Below, piece by piece: positions 1-9,446 of a stretch of 40,196 nt of DNA (position 1 is the stretch's first letter; each line of letters opens with the position of its first letter). A model generated the notes under the pieces. That model had not been told where the DNA came from. It saw only the letters and a program-made list of their open reading frames with translations, and did no database searches. This stretch comes from a bacterium (GTDB lineage Bacteria; Patescibacteriota; Minisyncoccia; UBA6257; GWB1-50-10): positions 1 through 40,196 of the forward strand of contig DAIDBF010000008.1 in assembly GCA_027310235.1 (NCBI GenBank), read 5' to 3'. The position numbers and the translations under genes are program-made.

Positions 1-582
1 GCCCGTTACCACGCTCGTACCCATACACACGAAATCCGGCCGTTCCGTCGGCGTTTCGTTTTTCCCGATCCGCTTCTCTTCCACATATTTCGGAACCGGA
101 AACGACTCGCCCGTGAGCGCCGCCTGGTTTACGAAGCAATCCTTCGCTTCGAGCACGCGGGCATCGGCGGGAACCGCGTCGCCGGCGTAGAGCGACACGA
201 CATCTCCCGGCACGATTTCTCTTTGATCGATTTCTTTCTTCTCTCCATCCCGTATCACAGTCGCGGTAGTCGTGACCTTTTCAAGAAGTTTCAAGACGGT
301 CTTCTCGGATTTATAGCTGTTTACAAAATCAAGTATGGCGGAAACGAACACCATAACGATAATAATCACCGCATTCGTGCGCTCTCCCACGAAGAAAGAA
401 ATGACGGAAGTGCCAATAAGCAAAAGAAGGAGAGGACTTCCGAATTTCTGGAGAAATGCGATAAGCGGTCTGAACCGCTTTCTCTTTGCGATGGTATTTT
501 CTCCGAACTTACGCAGCCGATCAACGGCTTCTCTCGAGGAAAGTCCCTGAAACGTTTTGGGTGATCCGTTATTCGACGTCAT
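1..582 (-). CDS. P-type cation-transporting ATPase, N-terminal part (the rest of the gene lies beyond the window start)
   Basis: The minus-strand frame is open from base 1 to the ATG at 582-580. My translation is MTSNNGSPKTFQGLSSREAVDRLRKFGENTI...VIRDGEKKEIDQREIVPGDVVSLYAGDAVPADARVLEAKDCFVNQAALTGESFPVPKY. It shows two N-terminal TM segments and the actuator TGES motif. It is absent from the ORF track because the window edge truncates it. It overlaps the xseB stop by 14 nt. Confidence 0.75.
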   Translation of the reverse strand, partial: MTSNNGSPKTFQGLSSREAVDRLRKFGENTIAKRKRFRPLIAFLQKFGSPLLLLLIGTSVISFFVGERTNAVIIIVMVFVSAILDFVNSYKSEKTVLKLLEKVTTTATVIRDGEKKEIDQREIVPGDVVSLYAGDAVPADARVLEAKDCFVNQAALTGESFPVPKYVEEKRIGKNETPTERPDFVCMGTSVVTG

Positions 583-790
583 CCGAAAGATCCTTCTTTA
601 TCTCCTCGAATTCGTTCTCCACCTTCCTGATTTTTTGCTTCAAGTCCTTTATCAGTTCCGCTCCTTCCTTCACTCGTTTTAATCCTTCTTCGACGTCTAT
701 CTGATCCTGCGCTTCGAACCACTGGACAATTTTCTCGAGTTTCCCGAGTTCCGCGCCAATCTCTTTTTTTTCTTTCTTCGGTTTTTCCAT
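569..790 (-). CDS. xseB: exodeoxyribonuclease VII small subunit
   Basis: A 73-aa helical protein (LEKIVQWFEAQDQIDVEEGLKRVKEGAELIKDLKQKI) lying 9 nt downstream of xseA. Confidence 0.85.
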   Translation of the reverse strand: MEKPKKEKKEIGAELGKLEKIVQWFEAQDQIDVEEGLKRVKEGAELIKDLKQKIRKVENEFEEIKKDLSDDVE

Positions 791-799
791 ATATGATGA

Positions 800-2038
800 T
801 TATCCGTTTTGTTCTATTTGTTCGACTCGCGCCTTGAGGGACCCTTTGTGGAGCCGCACTGCAATCGGCCGCCCTTCGCCCGTATCCGCCGTATCCCGCA
901 CCACGTTCCCCTTCTCATTGAAAATAATACTATATCCGAGGCGTAAATTCCTCTCAGGATCGACTGCGGTGAGATACTGCGCCGTGCGCTTCAGGAATTC
1001 GTTCACTTCCTGGACCCGAAGCGAAAATGCATTCACTATGACGTCTTCAATGATTTTATACCGCGTGATGAGACGCGAAATCTTCTCTAAAAGACGATCG
1101 GTATGGGCGACCACGCGCGATCTCGATTCGTCGAGCGCGCGTTCGAATGAATCAAAAAGCTCGCGTTCAAGATTCGGAAGTCCGAGCATGAGCTTGTCCC
1201 ATGACGCATTCACCGCCATCGCGGCGAATGAGGGCGTCGAGGTCATGACATCCGCGACCAAACTCGCGATAGGAACGTCGCGATCGTGGCCGATCCCCGC
1301 GATCACGGGAATGGACGAGGCGAATATCTCCCGCGCCACGAGTTCGTTGTTGAACGGCTGAAGGTCTTCCAAACTTCCTCCGCCGCGAATCAAAACAATC
1401 ACGTCGCATTCCGGCATTCTCGTATTGAACCATCTGATTCCTTTTATGATATTTCGAGGTGCGGAGGATCCTTCGACCCGCACGTCGAAGAGATGAAGCT
1501 TCATCCCGAGCGGTTTTAAGTTCTTCCTGAAGTCATCGATCACGGCTCCCGTCTTCGAGGTGATGATACCGACTTCCTGTATACACTCCGGGAGTTCACG
1601 TTTCCTTCGGAAAAGTCCCTCCTCCTCCAACTTTTTCTTCAGAAGTTCGTATGCGCGGCGAAGCGACCCTTCCCCGAAAAGCTCAAACTCTTTCACCACA
1701 AAGCTGAATTTGCCTTTTGGTTTATGGATACTGGGATACCCATGAACCTTTACGAGAAGTCCCGCTTCAAGAGAAATTCCTGCCGTACGATAGACGAAAG
1801 GATTTATATAACAATTAAGAACTCCCTCTCCTTCTTTGTCTTTCAAAGTGACATAAACACCAGTTGGATGGGAGTTAAACTCGGAGATTTCTCCTAGCAC
1901 GGTATACTCTTCTCGTTTGAAGATCTCGTTTACGTAGTCGAGAAACTCTCCCACCGAAAAAACGGGCTTGGAGGTTTTTTCTTCGCGTTCTTCTTCCGGA
2001 TTATCGAAAAGAGTGTGTTGTTTTTTTCTTTTTGGCAT
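800..2038 (-). CDS. xseA: exodeoxyribonuclease VII large subunit
   Basis: 412 aa. It has an N-terminal OB-fold region (VLGEISEFNSHPTGVYVTLKD) and a catalytic core (GIITSKTGAVIDDF, LIRGGGSLEDLQPFN). Confidence 0.9.
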   Translation of the reverse strand: MPKRKKQHTLFDNPEEEREEKTSKPVFSVGEFLDYVNEIFKREEYTVLGEISEFNSHPTGVYVTLKDKEGEGVLNCYINPFVYRTAGISLEAGLLVKVHGYPSIHKPKGKFSFVVKEFELFGEGSLRRAYELLKKKLEEEGLFRRKRELPECIQEVGIITSKTGAVIDDFRKNLKPLGMKLHLFDVRVEGSSAPRNIIKGIRWFNTRMPECDVIVLIRGGGSLEDLQPFNNELVAREIFASSIPVIAGIGHDRDVPIASLVADVMTSTPSFAAMAVNASWDKLMLGLPNLERELFDSFERALDESRSRVVAHTDRLLEKISRLITRYKIIEDVIVNAFSLRVQEVNEFLKRTAQYLTAVDPERNLRLGYSIIFNEKGNVVRDTADTGEGRPIAVRLHKGSLKARVEQIEQNG

Positions 2039-2044
2039 TTACCC

Positions 2045-2053
2045 AGTATACCA
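2045..2053 (-). promoter_or_regulatory. extended -10 promoter (TGGTATACT) for xseA, 6 nt from the ATG
   Basis: The minus strand reads GTTGGTGGTATACTGGGTAAATG. There is no room for a Shine-Dalgarno leader. Confidence 0.45.
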
Positions 2054-2092
2054 CCAACTATAAATACCAATAACACCTCCCTAATAAATTCC

Positions 2093-2269
2093 TTCCCTTC
2101 CGAGTGAGAATAGCGAAACGAGGACACAAATACACGAGTAAGGACGAAGAACACAAGAAATTACGCACTGTCCGAGTCCCTTCAGGTCGAGTTTGCGTAA
2201 TTTCCGTGTGTTCGAGGACGAGCGAGTTGTATCTGTCCGAGTGAAGCTTTTTTCTCACGAGAGAGGGAA
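2093..2269 (-). repeat. structured repeat family F1, copy 1 (reverse orientation; starts 5 nt after the dnaJ stop)
   Basis: The outer arms ttcccttccgagtgaga (2093-2109) and tctcacgagagagggaa (2253-2269) are imperfectly complementary. The central 11-bp hairpin pairs 2157-2167 with 2194-2204. It encloses a 26-nt loop nearly identical to the loops at 11386-11411 and 25682-25707. Confidence 0.65.
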
Positions 2270-2274
2270 AGAAT

Positions 2275-3372
2275 TTATAGCTCCCCCTCCAACTCCTCCA
2301 AAAGTTTCTTTGCTTTTCCCGAAATATGCTTCGGAACGCGAAGATCGAAGGTAATGTAGAGATCGCCGCGGCCCGAGGATCCGAACTTCGGCATTCCGCG
2401 ATGCGGTATCTTCATCTTCTCCTGAAGCGAGAATCCGCGCGGAATCGCCACCGTGAACTTCTCTCCGCTTATGTCTCCAAGTTCCATTTCTTTCTCAAGA
2501 AGCACATCCTGAACTCGCACTTCTTTTATGAGGTACAGATCGGATTTTCTCCTCGTAAAATGCGGATGGGGTTTTACTCTGACTACGACATAACAATCGC
2601 CATTCCCCCCGCCACGTTCACCCGTTTCTCCCATGCCCGTCACCTTTATCACTTGTCCGTCCTCAACGCCGGGCGCGATCGAGAAGTGCACGACTCTTGC
2701 GCCGAACACCCGGCCCTTCCCTTTGCAGGAAGCACACGGCGCATTCGGAACCTTTCCCGATCCGAAGCAGTCGGGACATTGCTGGACTTGGGCGAACTGA
2801 CCGAAAAACGTCCTCCGTTCGACGCGTATCTCGCCGCGTCCGCCGCACTTCGTACAGTCCTTCTGGCCTTTTTCTTTCGCATACCCGAGCCCCTTGCACG
2901 TCTCGCAGAGCACGTTCGTCTTGAAACTCACTTCCCGCGTGATCCCGTGAAACGCCTCCTCAAGCGAGATGTCCTGCACGATCTCGACGTCTGCGCCCTG
3001 GGTATACGTGTGCCGCTTCCTTCCTCCTCCACCGAACTGCTCGAAGATGCTCTCAAAAATGTCGTTCATATCGACTCCTTCTCCCGCATTCCATCTGAAA
3101 CCGCTTCCCCCGAAATCTACCCCTTCAAACGGATTTCCTCCTCCCGGCATTCCTCCTCCCTCGAACACTCTTCCGAACTGATCGTACTGGGTCTTTTTTT
3201 CCTTATTGCCGAGCACCTGATATGCTTCGTTCACTTCTTTAAATTTCTTCTCGTCTCCCCCCTGCTTGTCCGGATGGTATTGGTGTGCCAGTTTCCGGTA
3301 TGCCTTTTTTATCTCATCTTCGGAGGCACCCTTCGAAACGCCGAGTACTTTGTAGTAATCTTTCGATTCCAT
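2275..3372 (-). CDS. dnaJ: molecular chaperone DnaJ
   Basis: It has a J domain with HPD ([12 protein letters not shown]), a Gly-rich linker and four CxxCxG zinc motifs ([32 protein letters not shown]). Confidence 0.95.
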   Translation of the reverse strand: MESKDYYKVLGVSKGASEDEIKKAYRKLAHQYHPDKQGGDEKKFKEVNEAYQVLGNKEKKTQYDQFGRVFEGGGMPGGGNPFEGVDFGGSGFRWNAGEGVDMNDIFESIFEQFGGGGRKRHTYTQGADVEIVQDISLEEAFHGITREVSFKTNVLCETCKGLGYAKEKGQKDCTKCGGRGEIRVERRTFFGQFAQVQQCPDCFGSGKVPNAPCASCKGKGRVFGARVVHFSIAPGVEDGQVIKVTGMGETGERGGGNGDCYVVVRVKPHPHFTRRKSDLYLIKEVRVQDVLLEKEMELGDISGEKFTVAIPRGFSLQEKMKIPHRGMPKFGSSGRGDLYITFDLRVPKHISGKAKKLLEELEGEL

Positions 3373-3387
3373 AACGATTCTTGAAAA

Positions 3388-4452
3388 TTAAGGAAGGATG
3401 GGAAACCTTCTGGTTCTCGTCTCAACGCTCATGACCGCAAATCCCGTCACGAGGCATAGTTTGAAAAAGATGAATCCGAGAAGTCCGATGAGCCAGTAGA
3501 GAAGCACCGCCACACCTTTGATGGAGAGAAAGAACAGTACGATCGCCGCAACGGAGAGTATGCCGCTCGCCGCAGTTCCCATCTTCCCGATATACTCTTT
3601 TCCGAGATCATAAAGAAGCGTATTTACCGACTCGTTCCTGTTGACGTCTCCGAACTGCGCCACGAACGCGGCGTTCGCCTGCTGTTTTGCCTGACTGAAA
3701 TACAATTCTTGTTGTTTCGGCGGGAGTTCACGAAATCCGATCTGCTGCGTATGTCCCCCCGTCTCCGCCACGGTGAAATTCGTTCGCTCGAGCTCTCCTC
3801 TTACCAATGTATCGATGAAGGTCTGGACCGACATTCCGAACGAGACATTCGGAATCCAGAGATGTACTACCGGCTCCGCGGTCGAAGTGACGCTCTGAAG
3901 CATCGCTCTTCCCAGCGTATCCGTAAAGTTACCCCATACGAAATAATTCAGGTAGAGCAGCAGGGAAATGAATATAAGGAATCCGCTCGTAAGCTTCGGA
4001 AGCACATTTTTCGAGACGGAAAAAAACTGCGGTTCGATGCTGTTCTCGACCGTATTTCTTCCCCGTCTGATCGCAGTACCGATAAAAAGAAAAGCGAGGA
4101 TTGCCGCCACAAGAAGATACGGAAGCGTCACGGAATCGAAGTGAGTCCGAAACACGGCAAGCGGAACAAGTATCTCGCAGAGTGTGATGGAAAAGAGCTT
4201 CCATGATCCTTTCACGAAAAAAATCTGGACAAGCTTCAGCGCCCAAAAAAGAAGTGTTGCGACCACGAACGTCCAGAAATAGGGGGGACTCGGACTCGCG
4301 GAGAAATTCATAAACCCGGAAACCGCCGCGGCGCTCGCCGCGACGCCGAGAAGCCCCAGAAGAAGCATCTTCCAGGCGCTTCTATCCGTTTCCGGCTCCC
4401 GCCGTTCACTGATTATTTCCAGGTTCGGGTTGTGAGGAAGGTTCGGCTCCAT
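3388..4452 (-). CDS. multi-pass membrane protein of unknown function inserted between dnaK and dnaJ
   Basis: A 354-aa ORF with several hydrophobic segments. The start at 4452 overlaps dnaK by 47 nt. An alternative start (MLLLGLLGV) at 4368 would remove the overlap. Confidence 0.5.
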   Translation of the reverse strand: MEPNLPHNPNLEIISERREPETDRSAWKMLLLGLLGVAASAAAVSGFMNFSASPSPPYFWTFVVATLLFWALKLVQIFFVKGSWKLFSITLCEILVPLAVFRTHFDSVTLPYLLVAAILAFLFIGTAIRRGRNTVENSIEPQFFSVSKNVLPKLTSGFLIFISLLLYLNYFVWGNFTDTLGRAMLQSVTSTAEPVVHLWIPNVSFGMSVQTFIDTLVRGELERTNFTVAETGGHTQQIGFRELPPKQQELYFSQAKQQANAAFVAQFGDVNRNESVNTLLYDLGKEYIGKMGTAASGILSVAAIVLFFLSIKGVAVLLYWLIGLLGFIFFKLCLVTGFAVMSVETRTRRFPILP

Positions 4453-6316
4453 TGTTTTTATTATAGAGGGACTCGCCTATCTTTTGAAGCGCCGAGGAGA
4501 GATCAGTTGAGGCGCTTGTAATGGCTTCTTTGTCTTCTCCCTGCTTCACTTCATTGAGACGTGCGATTTTTTCCGTTATATCCTTCTTCATGTCTTCCGT
4601 TACTTTATCCCCGAGATCGCGCAAGCTCTTCTCCGCCGTATAGACGAGCGCTTCCGCCTGGTTCCGTAACTCGATCAGCTCTTTCTTTTTTTCATCTTCC
4701 GTCGCGTGTTCGGCGGCTTCTTTCTTCAAACGTTCCACCTCGTCTTTACTCAAGCTCGTCGAGGCCTCGATGCGCACCGATTGCTCCTTTCCGGACGCTT
4801 TGTCTTTCGCGGAGACGGTAAGAATCCCGTTTGCGTCGATGTCGAAGGTCACTTCGATCTGCGGCACGCCGCGCGGTGAGGGAGGAATGCCGTCCAAAAT
4901 GAAGCGCGCAAGCGTTTTCACGTCCGCCATCATCGGACGTTCTCCTTGGCCGATATGTACCTCGACGGACGTCTGATTGTCGGCCGCGGTCGAAAATACC
5001 TGGGTCTTCGAAGTCGGAATCGTCGTATTCTTCTGAATCATGGGCGTCGCAACGCCGCCATAGGTCTCAATGCTCAAGGTAAGCGGCGTTACATCAAGAA
5101 GAAGGATGTCCTTCACCTCGCCTTCGGTTTTACGTCCCTCTTTCTTCGCAAGAAGAATCTCGCCTTGGATGCCGGCGCCGATTGCCACCACTTCATCCGG
5201 ATTGATACCCTGATGCGGTTCTTTGCCGAAAAGTTTGCGTACGGCCTCCTGAATCGCCGGCATTCTTGTCTGGCCGCCGACCAGAATAACCTCGTTGATA
5301 TCCGAGAGCTTGAATCCGGCACCCTTCGGCGGCGCCGTCGTCACGGTATCTTTCGTAAGCTGGATCGAGTGATCGATGTACTCCTGCACCAGCGATTCGA
5401 GTTTCGCCCGCGTGAGTTTCAGGAGAAAATGTTTCGGACCGGAAGCGTCGGAAGTGACATACGGGAGATTGACCTCCGTTTCAAGCGCGGTCGAGAGCTC
5501 GTGTTTCGCCCGTTCCGCAGCTTCCTTGAGACGCTGTAATGCGAGCGTATCTTTCGATAGGTCCACTCCTTCCTGTTTTTTATACTCCTGCACGAGATAC
5601 TCGATGATCGTTCGGTCGAAATCGTCGCCGCCCAAGTGCGTGTCGCCTCCGGTCGCTTTCACTTCAACGGTCTGTTCCTTGGTTTCAGGGTCATAACTCA
5701 TCTCGAGCACCGATATGTCAAACGTACCGCCGCCGAAGTCATATACAACGATCTTCTGGTCTTTTTCCTTGCCGAGTCCGTATGCGAACGCCGCCGCAGT
5801 CGGTTCATTGATAATACGATCAACCTTGAGCCCCGCGATCTCGCCGGCGTTTTTAGTCGCTTGGCGCTGACTGTCGTCGAAATACGCCGGAACGGTAATA
5901 ACCGCTTCGTCTATCTTCCCCCCGAGCTTCGCCTCCGCATCCGCTTTGATTTTCTGGAGCACCATCGCCGAGATTTCTTCAGGTTTGTACCACCGATCGC
6001 CCATTTGTATCTCCACTCCGCCGGTTTCGCTTTTTCTGATTTCGTACGGAAGCCATTTTTTATCGCGCTGGACCTCGGCATCTTCCCACTTGCGCCCGAT
6101 GAGCCGCTTTACCGAGTAGATGGTGTTTTTCGGATTCACGACCGCCTGTCGCTTGGCCAAAACTCCCACAAGACGCTCGCTCGCCTTGCTTAACGCGACG
6201 ATAGACGGGGTCGTTCTCGCCCCTTCGCTGTTCTCGAGAACCTTCGGCTCTCCCCCGTCCATTACGGACGCGGCCGAGTTCGTAGTTCCCAAATCGATTC
6301 CTAAAATTTTTGCCAT
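4406..6316 (-). CDS. dnaK: molecular chaperone DnaK (Hsp70)
   Basis: 636 aa with the canonical signatures [17 protein letters not shown] and [11 protein letters not shown]. Confidence 0.97.
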   Translation of the reverse strand: MAKILGIDLGTTNSAASVMDGGEPKVLENSEGARTTPSIVALSKASERLVGVLAKRQAVVNPKNTIYSVKRLIGRKWEDAEVQRDKKWLPYEIRKSETGGVEIQMGDRWYKPEEISAMVLQKIKADAEAKLGGKIDEAVITVPAYFDDSQRQATKNAGEIAGLKVDRIINEPTAAAFAYGLGKEKDQKIVVYDFGGGTFDISVLEMSYDPETKEQTVEVKATGGDTHLGGDDFDRTIIEYLVQEYKKQEGVDLSKDTLALQRLKEAAERAKHELSTALETEVNLPYVTSDASGPKHFLLKLTRAKLESLVQEYIDHSIQLTKDTVTTAPPKGAGFKLSDINEVILVGGQTRMPAIQEAVRKLFGKEPHQGINPDEVVAIGAGIQGEILLAKKEGRKTEGEVKDILLLDVTPLTLSIETYGGVATPMIQKNTTIPTSKTQVFSTAADNQTSVEVHIGQGERPMMADVKTLARFILDGIPPSPRGVPQIEVTFDIDANGILTVSAKDKASGKEQSVRIEASTSLSKDEVERLKKEAAEHATEDEKKKELIELRNQAEALVYTAEKSLRDLGDKVTEDMKKDITEKIARLNEVKQGEDKEAITSASTDLSSALQKIGESLYNKNNGAEPSSQPEPGNNQ

Positions 6317-6350
6317 AGTTTTTGTAATAGTATTGCTGACCTTTTTTTTG

Positions 6351-6869
6351 TTATGATTCGCCTTTTATTTTTACCAGTACGACCCGCGCCGGACGCATTG
6401 TTTTTCCATGAAGCAGGTACCCTTTCGTTACCTCTTCCGCAATTGATCCCGGCGGCCCCTCCGCTTCGACCTCTCCAATCGCTTCCGCGATCTCCGGATT
6501 GAACGGATCACCCGGATGCATAGGTATCGCCTCCACTCCGTATCTTTTCATCGTATCGTAAAGCTGATTTCTCACGAGCGTCATCCCCTTCTTCGAAACG
6601 TCATCTTCGCGCATCGCGGAGAGACCAAGCTCGAAGCCATCGAGAATCACGATCAGATCGAAAAGGAGCGCTTCGTTGCTCCGCTTTGCGAAATATTCCA
6701 TCCGCTCCGCTTCCTCTTTCTTATAATTCGAGAGGTCCGCCTTCGCCCGCTTCCATCCATCGAGATATTCGTCCCGCAATCGTTCGGCTTCAAGAAGATC
6801 GGCACGCATCCCGGCGTCGCCTGGCTTTTGGATATTATTTTCTTCTTCTTTTTTTGTCTCCTCCTCCAT
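6351..6869 (-). CDS. grpE: nucleotide exchange factor GrpE
   Basis: 172 aa. It has a coiled-coil N-terminus and a GrpE C-terminal beta domain ([26 protein letters not shown]), and it sits between hrcA and dnaK. Confidence 0.9.
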   Translation of the reverse strand: MEEETKKEEENNIQKPGDAGMRADLLEAERLRDEYLDGWKRAKADLSNYKKEEAERMEYFAKRSNEALLFDLIVILDGFELGLSAMREDDVSKKGMTLVRNQLYDTMKRYGVEAIPMHPGDPFNPEIAEAIGEVEAEGPPGSIAEEVTKGYLLHGKTMRPARVVLVKIKGES

Positions 6870-6924
6870 ATTATTTAAATGTTACACTTGCTTCCGGTTG
6901 TTATCTTCTCATTTCTTAATTCTC

Positions 6925-7623
6925 TTATTCCAACGACTTTTCGAAAAACCTGAATGCCCGAATGGGTTTTGCATAATCCATCCGCTTCGGTCCGATTGCA
7001 AGCAGTAAAAAATCGCCGTCATCGCACTTTAGACAGGAGGCGACGACCGCGACGTGCGCGCTTTTGGTAAAGGGGCTCTTACCGATAAATACCCGGGGCC
7101 ACGAACGCTCTTCCTCCCACCAGGAACGGAGTTCCTGAACGCGCGAAGGGATGGATTCGAAGTCGTTCACGATCTGGATCATCTCGTTCGTAGTAATCGC
7201 ATCGTCCTGAAGACGGCTCAAAAGTTCATGAAGTCCGCTCTCATACACCTCGTCGCGCTCCGGTTCGTATCCCACGCTTAAACCCCCGAACCGTTCGGCA
7301 AGATCTTCCACGAACGTGCGTCGGGCTCCTTTTTTAAAATCATCGAGTACGTCTTCGAATCCGTGGGTACTCCGCGCTTCTTCTTCCTGAAGTGTCCGCT
7401 CGGTGAAAAAACGATAGGCCTTGTCCGAGGGTATTCTTCCGCCCGAAGGATGACGCTGGAAGAAGTATCCCGCCCCACTCAGCTCGTTAAGCTCCCAGCG
7501 TATCATCGCCGGCTTGATGCCGAAATCATATGCCTCGTAGAGGGACTCCGAGGTGACGGGCTTTCCCGTTTTCACGAACTCGCGGATTGCCGTCTCAAGA
7601 ATTGCCTGCGTCCGTTCCTGCAT
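6925..7623 (-). CDS. hrcA: heat-inducible transcription repressor HrcA (short form, 232 aa)
   Basis: It has an N-terminal winged-helix region (GKPVTSESL...KPAMIRWELNELSGAGYFFQRHPSGGRIPSDKAYRFF). It heads the grpE-dnaK-dnaJ cluster and has a CIRCE operator upstream. Confidence 0.8.
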   Translation of the reverse strand: MQERTQAILETAIREFVKTGKPVTSESLYEAYDFGIKPAMIRWELNELSGAGYFFQRHPSGGRIPSDKAYRFFTERTLQEEEARSTHGFEDVLDDFKKGARRTFVEDLAERFGGLSVGYEPERDEVYESGLHELLSRLQDDAITTNEMIQIVNDFESIPSRVQELRSWWEEERSWPRVFIGKSPFTKSAHVAVVASCLKCDDGDFLLLAIGPKRMDYAKPIRAFRFFEKSLE

Positions 7624-7631
7624 ATAGGTAC

Positions 7632-7661
7632 AGTATAGAAATTAGCACTCAAGCGTGTCAA
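7632..7661 (-). promoter_or_regulatory. sigma70-type promoter of the hrcA operon (TTGACA, 18-nt spacer, TATACT), 8 nt from the ATG
   Basis: The minus strand reads TTAGCACTTGACACGCTTGAGTGCTAATTTCTATACTGTACCTATATG. The -35 box lies inside the CIRCE spacer. Confidence 0.55.
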
Positions 7662-7668
7662 GTGCTAA
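7642..7668. promoter_or_regulatory. CIRCE operator (HrcA binding site)
   Basis: The sequence ttagcactc-aagcgtgtc-aagtgctaa matches the consensus TTAGCACTC-N9-GAGTGCTAA with one mismatch. Confidence 0.85.
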
Positions 7669-7673
7669 AGTGG

Positions 7674-7829
7674 TCATCAGGATTTCTTCTTGGTACTCCC
7701 GCACCGGGTGTCGGAATGCTCCAGCGGCATTCCGCACCCTACGCTCTCGGCTCGCGACCCGCCTTCCGGCGGGGCCAAGCTCGCTTCGCCTGCGAGAGTG
7801 GCGGTCATACCAAAAAGAAATCTTGATGA
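7674..7829 (-). repeat. structured repeat family F3, copy a (probably reverse orientation)
   Basis: The 22-nt outer arms tcatcaggatttcttcttggta (7674-7695) and taccaaaaagaaatcttgatga (7808-7829) pair at 20 of 22 positions. The GC-rich core contains cccgcc-ttcc-ggcggg and gagcttgg-like motifs resembling the cores at 8439-8613 and 11563-11736. Confidence 0.45.
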
Positions 7830-8422
7830 AATGGGAGTTCTCCTGTTCTATACTTTATGCATCGAGTATGAGAATGGTTTTATTGCTCCCCGGATGGCTG
7901 GAATCGCTCAAGATGTACGGGGGCGACGCCAATCTTGAGATTTGTATAGACGCGTTGGATGAACGCTCCGCCTCCGCCGATTACATTATCGGCGTAAGCT
8001 TGGGTGCTTTGGTTGCCCCCAAAAATATAAATCGTATATCGGGGAAAATAATCTTAGTCAATCCTCCCCTTCCAAAAAGAAGTATCTTTACTTGGTTCGT
8101 AAATTGGCTGCGATTTTTGATAACCGAAGGTTTACTTCCCGAAAGACAGAGGTTTACGAGAAACCCGATTATATTCATCGCTACCCTCGTGGATTGCATA
8201 AAACTCCTCACTACCGACTTTTCGAAAAGTTTCGACTAGCTTCCAAAAGAAAAACTAAAAGTAATCCGAGGGAAAAACGATCGGTTCTTTTGCGATCAAG
8301 ACGCGGTGAAATTTCTGAACGCAAAGAACATACCATGTATCGAGGTTAATGGAGGACACAACTGGTCCGAGGATATAGAAAAAACAATAGCCACCCTAAC
8401 GGACGTGAAAGAGAGTTCTTAG
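7826..8422 (+). pseudogene. alpha/beta-fold hydrolase (about 198 aa) interrupted by an in-frame TAG at 8237-8239
   Basis: The N-terminal half (7826-8236) carries the nucleophile elbow GVSLGA. The same frame continues after the TAG as LPKEKLKVIRGKNDRFFCDQDAVKFLNAKNIPCIEVNGGHNWSEDIEK... up to the stop at 8420-8422. That continuation supplies the Asp and His regions expected of the catalytic triad. Confidence 0.6.
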
Positions 8423-8438
8423 ACGAAGGAACTAACAG

Positions 8439-8613
8439 GCAATTATTATCCCTCGAGTGAACATTTGCCGGAGGGCGTCTGCACATTTCCGAGCGGTTTG
8501 CGCCGCCGAGCCAGGACCCCCGCCCTTAGGCGAGTCGGGTGGCGAGGAGCAACAAAGCGAGGTTGAATGTGCAACGCCAGGAGGTATTTGTGAACGAGAG
8601 GGATAATGATTGC
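8439..8613 (+). repeat. structured repeat family F3, copy b
   Basis: The outer 16-nt arms are gcaattattatccctc (8439-8454) and gagggataatgattgc (8598-8613). An inner helix pairs cgtctgcacatt with aatgtgcaacg. The conserved core is gccgagccagg...ggtggcgaggagc...aaagcgaggt. It lies between the convergent hydrolase and pilin genes, 3 nt from the pilin stop. Confidence 0.6.
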
Positions 8614-8616
8614 CCC

Positions 8617-9411
8617 TTACGGGCACGCGGCGGAACTCGTTGCAATCGCTCCCGCGTTCGTCAATGTCATTAGGAGACACGAACCGCTCGGCGTTACGAA
8701 GACAACTCCGTATGTGGATGCGGAGAAACCGATGTTTCCGTAGGACTTTAATACCGTCGCTCCCGCGACTCCCGTCCCGAAAGTAGTCAATCCGTTCACA
8801 TTTAATGTTCCGCTGAAATATCCGTTTCTCCACTGGTTTGTGGCTGTACCCAAATCAAGCGTACCATTCGAAGCGGGATAGACCGACGAGTCGAACTGCG
8901 CCGCGGAGACGCGCGCAACGGAGGTTTCCAAGGAACGCGTAAGCTGCGCCGCCGGATTCCCAGCATTGTAGCTCATCGAGAGATCAAGCTGCACGATCGC
9001 CGTTCCTCCTGGATTCTGATAGGGCGTCACGGTAAAACCGGTTACCGTCACGTTGGAGTCCGTAAGCGCGACGGGGTTCGATGATCCTTGCTGCAGATAC
9101 ACTGTCGTGCCGCTTAAATACATCAGCGTGGGATCATTCGTAGAAGTGGCCATACGAAGACGAAGTGTCGAGGTCGGCGTTCCAAAGGTCATATCTATCA
9201 AGCTTGAGTTTTGCACCATCTGCTTTAAGGTGTCTCCCACAAACCCTATCTGACGGTTTACTTCTCCTGTTGACCCCTGTCTTGTCTGAATTTTCGTGAT
9301 GGTGGTCAGAATCGCAACTAGAAAAATCGCGCTCACCGTGAAGATGGCGATATAAATAATAAGCTCAACGAGCGAAAAACCCTCCCGCCTGGAAACAAAC
9401 TTCTTTTGCAT
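8617..9411 (-). CDS. type IV pilin / pseudopilin-like protein with a prepilin N-terminal methylation motif
   Basis: MQKKFVSRREGFSLVELIIYIAIFTVSAIFLV is a class III signal peptide (G/FSLVE). The start at 9411 has the SD-like sequence AAGAGGG upstream. The ORF track start at 9444 is less likely. Confidence 0.7.
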   Translation of the reverse strand: MQKKFVSRREGFSLVELIIYIAIFTVSAIFLVAILTTITKIQTRQGSTGEVNRQIGFVGDTLKQMVQNSSLIDMTFGTPTSTLRLRMATSTNDPTLMYLSGTTVYLQQGSSNPVALTDSNVTVTGFTVTPYQNPGGTAIVQLDLSMSYNAGNPAAQLTRSLETSVARVSAAQFDSSVYPASNGTLDLGTATNQWRNGYFSGTLNVNGLTTFGTGVAGATVLKSYGNIGFSASTYGVVFVTPSGSCLLMTLTNAGAIATSSAACP

Positions 9412-9433
9412 ACGTTTTCCCTCTTTCTTGTAG

Positions 9434-9443
9434 TATAATACCA
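9434..9443. promoter_or_regulatory. overlapping divergent -10 boxes (plus TATAAT for the glycosyltransferase; minus TGGTATTAT for the pilin gene)
   Basis: The plus strand reads gtagTATAATaccacaaATG, only 7 nt to the ATG at 9447. The minus strand reads TGGTATTATACTACAAGAAAGAGGGAAAACGTATG. The -35 boxes are weak. Confidence 0.4.
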
Positions 9444-9446
9444 CAA

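Noticed and set aside
223-564. Plus-strand ORFs of 113, 71 and 72 aa at the window start.
   Set aside because: They are shadow frames of the minus-strand P-type ATPase gene. The minus-strand translation has clear TGES and TM motifs, while the plus-strand peptides have no recognisable features.
2326-3384. Long antisense ORFs opposite real genes, for example 2326-3384, 5636-6193, 15189-15944, 17775-19064, 21069-21932, 25197-25973 and 36589-37368.
   Set aside because: Each lies opposite a gene with unmistakable conserved motifs (dnaJ, dnaK, lysS, mrdA, mreB/proS, ddl, rpoA). Their translations are low-complexity, Arg/Ser/Pro-rich sequences typical of antisense frames.
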